A stretch of 10,370 nucleotides of DNA from Bacteriovoracaceae bacterium (GTDB lineage: Bacteria > Bdellovibrionota > Bacteriovoracia > Bacteriovoracales > Bacteriovoracaceae), in assembly GCA_049599895.1 (NCBI GenBank), contig JBMYPC010000109.1, positions 1 through 10,370 on the forward strand, given 5' to 3'. This document shows, piece after piece, positions 6,120 through 10,370 of the stretch. Within the stretch, counting starts at the first letter, position 1. The number at the start of each line of letters is the position of its first letter. The notes under the pieces were generated by a model. It had not been told where the DNA came from. It searched no databases and worked only from the letters and a program-made list of their open reading frames with translations. The translations under genes and the position numbers were made by a program.

Positions 6120-6977
6120 TTAATATTTTAAAAGATTTGAAAGTCGTTTTTTTAGAAAACTTGGAAGAGCAAAAGCTCCAACATGTATATCTTCGTTATA
6201 GTACTCAAACTCAAGGTTTGATTCGATAACTCTTTTTTTATCAAAATCATGAATAGGATGAAGTCCCTTGGAAGCAAAGCTAAAGCACCAATGCCCTCCT
6301 GGGTAGGTTAGATTGTGATAAGAGTAAAGAGTGCAAATAGGGAAAATCTCATTCAGGATACTAACAAGCTTCGTTTGCATTGTTTCTTCGTAATGAGGAG
6401 ATTCACATTGGGAGACAACAATCCCATTATCGGTGAGGCAGTTTGAGATGTCTTGATAAAACTCAGGCCCAAAAAGTGGTTGAGCTGGACCAATAGGATC
6501 TGTTGAGTCAACGAGAATGACATCAAACTTCTCTTTTGTTTCTTTTACAAATTTCAATCCATCTTCGATTTTAAGATCTAACAATTGATGAGAAAAAACC
6601 GAAGAAGTTTGAGGGATATGTTCTTTACAAGCATTGACTACCATCTCATCAATTTCGACCATGACACACTTTTTCACTTTAGGATGCCTTAAAACTTCTC
6701 TGGCGGTACCACCGTCGCCGCCTCCAATGACAAGAACCTTTTGTGGGTTCGGGTGAACAAACAGAGGAACATGGGCAATCATGTCGTGATAAATAAACTC
6801 ATCTCTTTCAGTCACCATGACCAACCCATCATTGAGGAGCATTTTTCCATGGCCTTTGGTTTCGACAACATCAACTTTTTGAAATTGGCTCTGTCCTGAA
6901 AAGAGAACTTTTTCGACTTTGTAACGATTCCCTAAATAATCTGAATGCTTTTCTTCAATCCACAGGTCTGAATACAT
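6120..6977 (-). CDS. speE: Polyamine aminopropyltransferase (spermidine synthase)
   Basis: S.FQ, L.NDG..M.TERDEFIYHDMIAHVPL, VLVIGGGDGGTAREV, VEID, FDVILVDSTDPIGPA, TYPGG.W.F, YYN..IH..AFALP. Confidence 0.95.
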   Translation of the reverse strand: MYSDLWIEEKHSDYLGNRYKVEKVLFSGQSQFQKVDVVETKGHGKMLLNDGLVMVTERDEFIYHDMIAHVPLFVHPNPQKVLVIGGGDGGTAREVLRHPKVKKCVMVEIDEMVVNACKEHIPQTSSVFSHQLLDLKIEDGLKFVKETKEKFDVILVDSTDPIGPAQPLFGPEFYQDISNCLTDNGIVVSQCESPHYEETMQTKLVSILNEIFPICTLYSYHNLTYPGGHWCFSFASKGLHPIHDFDKKRVIESNLEFEYYNEDIHVGAFALPSFLKKRLSNLLKY

Positions 6978-6987
6978 TAAATCCTCT

Positions 6988-7914
6988 CTATTTTAGATTG
7001 ATCGGCTTTATCGCCTGAACTTTGGGGTTAAAATAATGAGTGAAACTTACATAATAGCCACAGTCAATTTTGTCTTCCACACGTTTTTTGACCTGAAACT
7101 TAGGATGTTCATAAGTAAAATGCTTCTCAGGAGAAAAGGATATAAAGTCAAAGGAATCGGGCTTTAGAGCTTTAAGAAAGTGGGGAAGGAATGTCTCGGC
7201 AATTTCACTTAAATCAAGACTGGACTCAAAGCTTACGTATGAGTGACAGTCCTGAGGTGTGATATGAATAGTAAAATAATCTGAACCTTTAATACCATTT
7301 ATGGAATATCCATAAGGCTTAAAAACAAAGTCATCAAGAATATAGTCCTTGAAGTGTTTTTCAAATTCGAAGAAGTTTCGCAAATCTTCTTTGCTTTGAG
7401 ACTTTGTGAGAAAGTCAATAATGTCAGATCTTAAGTTATAAGCGAGAAGCTCGAAAGTCTCATCATCTTTTTCTGGGATATACTCTTTTGTAAGATGGTA
7501 GAGAAAAAGGTGATGTTCGTCATAGTTGCCAAAGCGAATGGCCTTTGAATCAAAGTGCTCGTCTAATAGTTTTTGATCGTCAAAGAAGCTTGAGTTTTGA
7601 AGATGCCCACAGTATTCATTTTTTCTTTGAAAGATAAGACTTTGGATATTCTCTTTGCCGAACTTTTCAACGATTTTATCAGCAGCATTGGCAAGTGTTG
7701 TTGTACCGCATGTGATCATTAAAATACGGTCATCCCAAACAAAGAGACTGGACTCAGATAAAAGAAAAGCTATGAGATCACTTGTTTCAACATCATTTAA
7801 AATCTGTGCTTTTGAGGCCTGGACAATCTCATCCCATAACGCAGTGGGCTTTTTCAAGAGTCCACCATCATTAAAAACAACTTCTAGTTTTTTCTCCGAG
7901 CCCTCGAAGATCAT
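6988..7914 (-). CDS. speD: S-adenosylmethionine decarboxylase proenzyme, eukaryote-type (class II) architecture
   Basis: FEGSEKKLEV, AFLLSESSLFV (E-S self-cleavage/pyruvoyl site), TCGTT, F.PYGYSING, YFTIHITPQ...SYVSFES. ATG at 7914 after AAGGTG (308 aa) is more likely than TTG at 7989. Confidence 0.92.
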   Translation of the reverse strand: MIFEGSEKKLEVVFNDGGLLKKPTALWDEIVQASKAQILNDVETSDLIAFLLSESSLFVWDDRILMITCGTTTLANAADKIVEKFGKENIQSLIFQRKNEYCGHLQNSSFFDDQKLLDEHFDSKAIRFGNYDEHHLFLYHLTKEYIPEKDDETFELLAYNLRSDIIDFLTKSQSKEDLRNFFEFEKHFKDYILDDFVFKPYGYSINGIKGSDYFTIHITPQDCHSYVSFESSLDLSEIAETFLPHFLKALKPDSFDFISFSPEKHFTYEHPKFQVKKRVEDKIDCGYYVSFTHYFNPKVQAIKPINLK

Positions 7915-8020
7915 TGCTTTCACCTTTTTGTCATTATTTTGGGCATAATTTAGCGAATCTTTTAAGTTCTGTGAATCATTGATTGGCAAAATCCCCTTAA
8001 TGTCGATAAAATTCCAATGG

Positions 8021-9028
8021 ATGCAAACATCAATTCAGAAGATCAATAGCTATTGCCTGGTGATACTGGCCCTTGTGGCCTTAACAGGTGTACTTATTTA
8101 CACCAAGGCTGCCTTACTTCCTTTTACAATAGGTCTCTTTGTTTATGCTTTAGCTTCCCCAACAGTTTCTCTTCTTGAGAAGAAGCTTAAGGTCCCAAAG
8201 TGGCTTTCACTCATCCTGACCATCATTTTAGTTTGTTCATTTGCAACCCTGGTGGTTTTTTTGATTACGATTTCAATTCAAGACTTCATTCAAGGCGCTG
8301 GTATTTATAAACAGAAGGTGATTCAGTTTGTGAACTGGGCAACAGAGTTTCTTCAGACGATGGGTTACGACTTCAATGTTCAATATCTAAAGCAAGAACT
8401 TCGAAATTTTCCAGTGTTTAAAATCATGCAAAACTTAACGGGAGATATTTTTTCTCTTCTCGGAAATGTTGTTCTTGTTCTGATCTTTTCAATGTTCCTT
8501 CTTATTGGGGACTTTCAAAGTAAGGAAAAACATCCTTTGTTTGAAGAAATTCAAAATAAAATTGCAAAATATGTCGCCACAAAGTTTCTTACTTCTCTAT
8601 CAACAGGAGTCATTGTTGGGGTCATTCTTTGGATTGTTGGGGGAGAGCTGGTTTTTATGTTTGCTCTACTGACAATGCTTTTAAACTTTATTCCTTCTAT
8701 TGGGTCGATTATAGCAACCCTGGTCCCCCTTCCTGTTTTACTGCTTCAGTTTGGGTTTGGTTGGGAGTTTATATCCGCTTTTATTGCAATGGGGATCACT
8801 CAGTTTTTTATTGGGAATGTTCTTGAGCCAAAGGTCATGGGTGAGTCGATGGACCTTCACCCTATCACAATAATGATCTTTCTTATCTTCTGGGGACTTG
8901 TTTGGGATGTTCCTGGTATGTTCATGGCGGTACCTATTACGGCCTTAGTTAAGATTGTTCTTGGGAGAATTCCAAGCTTACAACCACTCAGCGAGCTGAT
9001 GGCAGGAAGAATCAAAATCGAATCTTAA
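8021..9028 (+). CDS. AI-2E family (PerM/TqsA-like) transporter
   Basis: Multiple TM helices; LLPF.......P.V..LE, LLNFIPSIGSIIA, QFFIGNVLEPKVMGESMDLHP, FWG.VW..PGMFMAVPIT. Start uncertain (7979, 8000 or 8021). Confidence 0.92.
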   Translation: MQTSIQKINSYCLVILALVALTGVLIYTKAALLPFTIGLFVYALASPTVSLLEKKLKVPKWLSLILTIILVCSFATLVVFLITISIQDFIQGAGIYKQKVIQFVNWATEFLQTMGYDFNVQYLKQELRNFPVFKIMQNLTGDIFSLLGNVVLVLIFSMFLLIGDFQSKEKHPLFEEIQNKIAKYVATKFLTSLSTGVIVGVILWIVGGELVFMFALLTMLLNFIPSIGSIIATLVPLPVLLLQFGFGWEFISAFIAMGITQFFIGNVLEPKVMGESMDLHPITIMIFLIFWGLVWDVPGMFMAVPITALVKIVLGRIPSLQPLSELMAGRIKIES

Positions 9029-9034
9029 GAAATG

Positions 9035-9676
9035 CTACAGGTAAGTACCTTCTTCTTTTTCAATGACCTCTTCAGGTGAAAATTCGGGACATTTCTGCTC
9101 AAGAGAGGCGAAGAAATTAATATCTTTGAAATGAGTTTTCAAACAAGAATATGTTGTAGCAAGGGATTTAATTTTCCCACATCGCGAATAAAGTTTTTCT
9201 TTTAGGCAAGAAAACTTTTGATCTTTAGAGAACTTTGAAGCGACAGCTCTTTGTATGCCGCTATAGCGAACTTTAATTTTATCCTCAACATAGGCATCCA
9301 TTTGGGTTGTGAGATAAATGTTATAAAGAGTTTCGGGATAAAACTCATCGAGACTTTTAAGAGCACATTGATCTCTTAGTTCTAACCGATCAGAGACTTT
9401 GGGGAAAAGTTTTGAGTGAGTTCCATTGGCCTTCTCTGTTTTCACAAGACTTTCGATTGCATCAGATTGGCAACGGCAATAATTCAAAACTTCCTTTTGT
9501 TTGTTTTCTTCTTGCTGAAAATGAGGATGATGAAAATAGGTGATAGGGTTGTGAAAGATTAATTTTATACAGGAATCAAAGAGATAAGTGGTTTTAGTAA
9601 CGACAACTTTGGAACTCACATTTGAGCTAATCAGAAACAGGGAAAAAGTGAGAAATAAAACACTCAAAACCTTCAC
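9035..9676 (-). CDS. Hypothetical secreted protein with 8 cysteines
   Basis: GTG at 9676 gives MKVLSVLFLTFSLFLISSNVSS, a signal-peptide-like N-terminus (ORF-track start is 9682). No family recognised. Confidence 0.7.
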   Translation of the reverse strand: MKVLSVLFLTFSLFLISSNVSSKVVVTKTTYLFDSCIKLIFHNPITYFHHPHFQQEENKQKEVLNYCRCQSDAIESLVKTEKANGTHSKLFPKVSDRLELRDQCALKSLDEFYPETLYNIYLTTQMDAYVEDKIKVRYSGIQRAVASKFSKDQKFSCLKEKLYSRCGKIKSLATTYSCLKTHFKDINFFASLEQKCPEFSPEEVIEKEEGTYL

Positions 9677-9835
9677 TATCACTATTATATCGCAGTTTTT
9701 AAATATCTAAAAACACATGCAAAACTTGCTACTGTCTAGCTGATTCTAAGGCTTTAAAAGTGCACAAATGGCCTATTTTTCGCTATTCTGGGTGAAATTC
9801 CACAATTTTAAGGCAGCTTAAAGAATCAAAGGAAC

Positions 9836-10357
9836 ATGAGCATGGAACACAACATGGACGATAATGAAAAAGAGCGCTTGGCTTTAGAAAATGATTCTAA
9901 ACAAAGAGAGCGTCTTTCAAATTTAAACGCTGTCGAAGAACTTCTTCTTTATCATCTTAACAACTTTGCTTACCGTTACTTTGATTCAGATGAAAAGATT
10001 GAACCACTCTTTAAAGAACAAAAGATCATTACTGTTCAGTTCTATGAAACTAATCTTGCTAATGCTCTTAAAACTCAGGATAAAGAGTTGAGAAAAAAAC
10101 TCATTGAGTTTGCTAAATCTCACTCTAAAAAAGATAACCCGAAAATTTTGAATGAAATTGAAATTGACTTTAGGGCCTTAAGCGACAGTGGTGATGGAGA
10201 GGTCATTGTGAAAGCTCAAGTTAATTGGGACTTTCCAAATTTTGGAAGCTCAAGTGAAAAACTGATTCAAAAAAATCAAAAAGCTAAATTTGAGGATAGT
10301 TTAGAACTTCGAAATAAGTTTCCTCTTCTTCTTGAGGAAGCTTGCGAAGTTTTTTAG
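9836..10357 (+). CDS. Hypothetical soluble protein (about 170 aa)
   Basis: 173-codon ORF with SD-like AAAGGA upstream of several in-frame ATGs; charged, no TM segment; no family recognised. Confidence 0.75.
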   Translation: MSMEHNMDDNEKERLALENDSKQRERLSNLNAVEELLLYHLNNFAYRYFDSDEKIEPLFKEQKIITVQFYETNLANALKTQDKELRKKLIEFAKSHSKKDNPKILNEIEIDFRALSDSGDGEVIVKAQVNWDFPNFGSSSEKLIQKNQKAKFEDSLELRNKFPLLLEEACEVF

Positions 10358-10370
10358 TTGACGAAAAATT

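Noticed and set aside
7979..7989. Apparent head-to-head overlap of speD and the AI-2E gene in the ORF track
   Set aside because: It disappears with the better-supported starts (speD 7914, AI-2E about 8021).
7655..8826. ORFs 7655-7948 (+) and 8629-8826 (+)
   Set aside because: Antisense to speD and out of frame within the AI-2E gene, respectively.

Overview
AT-rich bacterial chromosomal window with no mobile element, CRISPR array, rRNA or tRNA that I can see. Gene content (Bd0055/HLp-like histone, eukaryote-type AdoMetDC, orphan Cys-rich secreted protein) suggests Bdellovibrionota; this is inference. In order: ABC-2 permease (partial) and ABC ATPase (-); small acidic-tailed hypothetical (+); an ORF-free sigma54-promoter/hairpin unit (candidate sRNA); YbaK/ProX editing protein (-); convergent, overlapping msrA (+) and msrB (-); fructosamine-kinase-family and DUF501 genes (+); a minus-strand run speD-speE-EVE-histone; AI-2E transporter (+); Cys-rich secreted protein (-); hypothetical (+). 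The standout is a 77-aa bacterial histone-fold protein with a Lys/Ala-only N-terminal tail, a near-consensus sigma70 promoter and its own terminator. It lies directly downstream of spermidine biosynthesis genes and an EVE (modified-base reader family) gene, which makes this a candidate bacterial chromatin locus. All family calls come from motif recognition by eye, not database searches.
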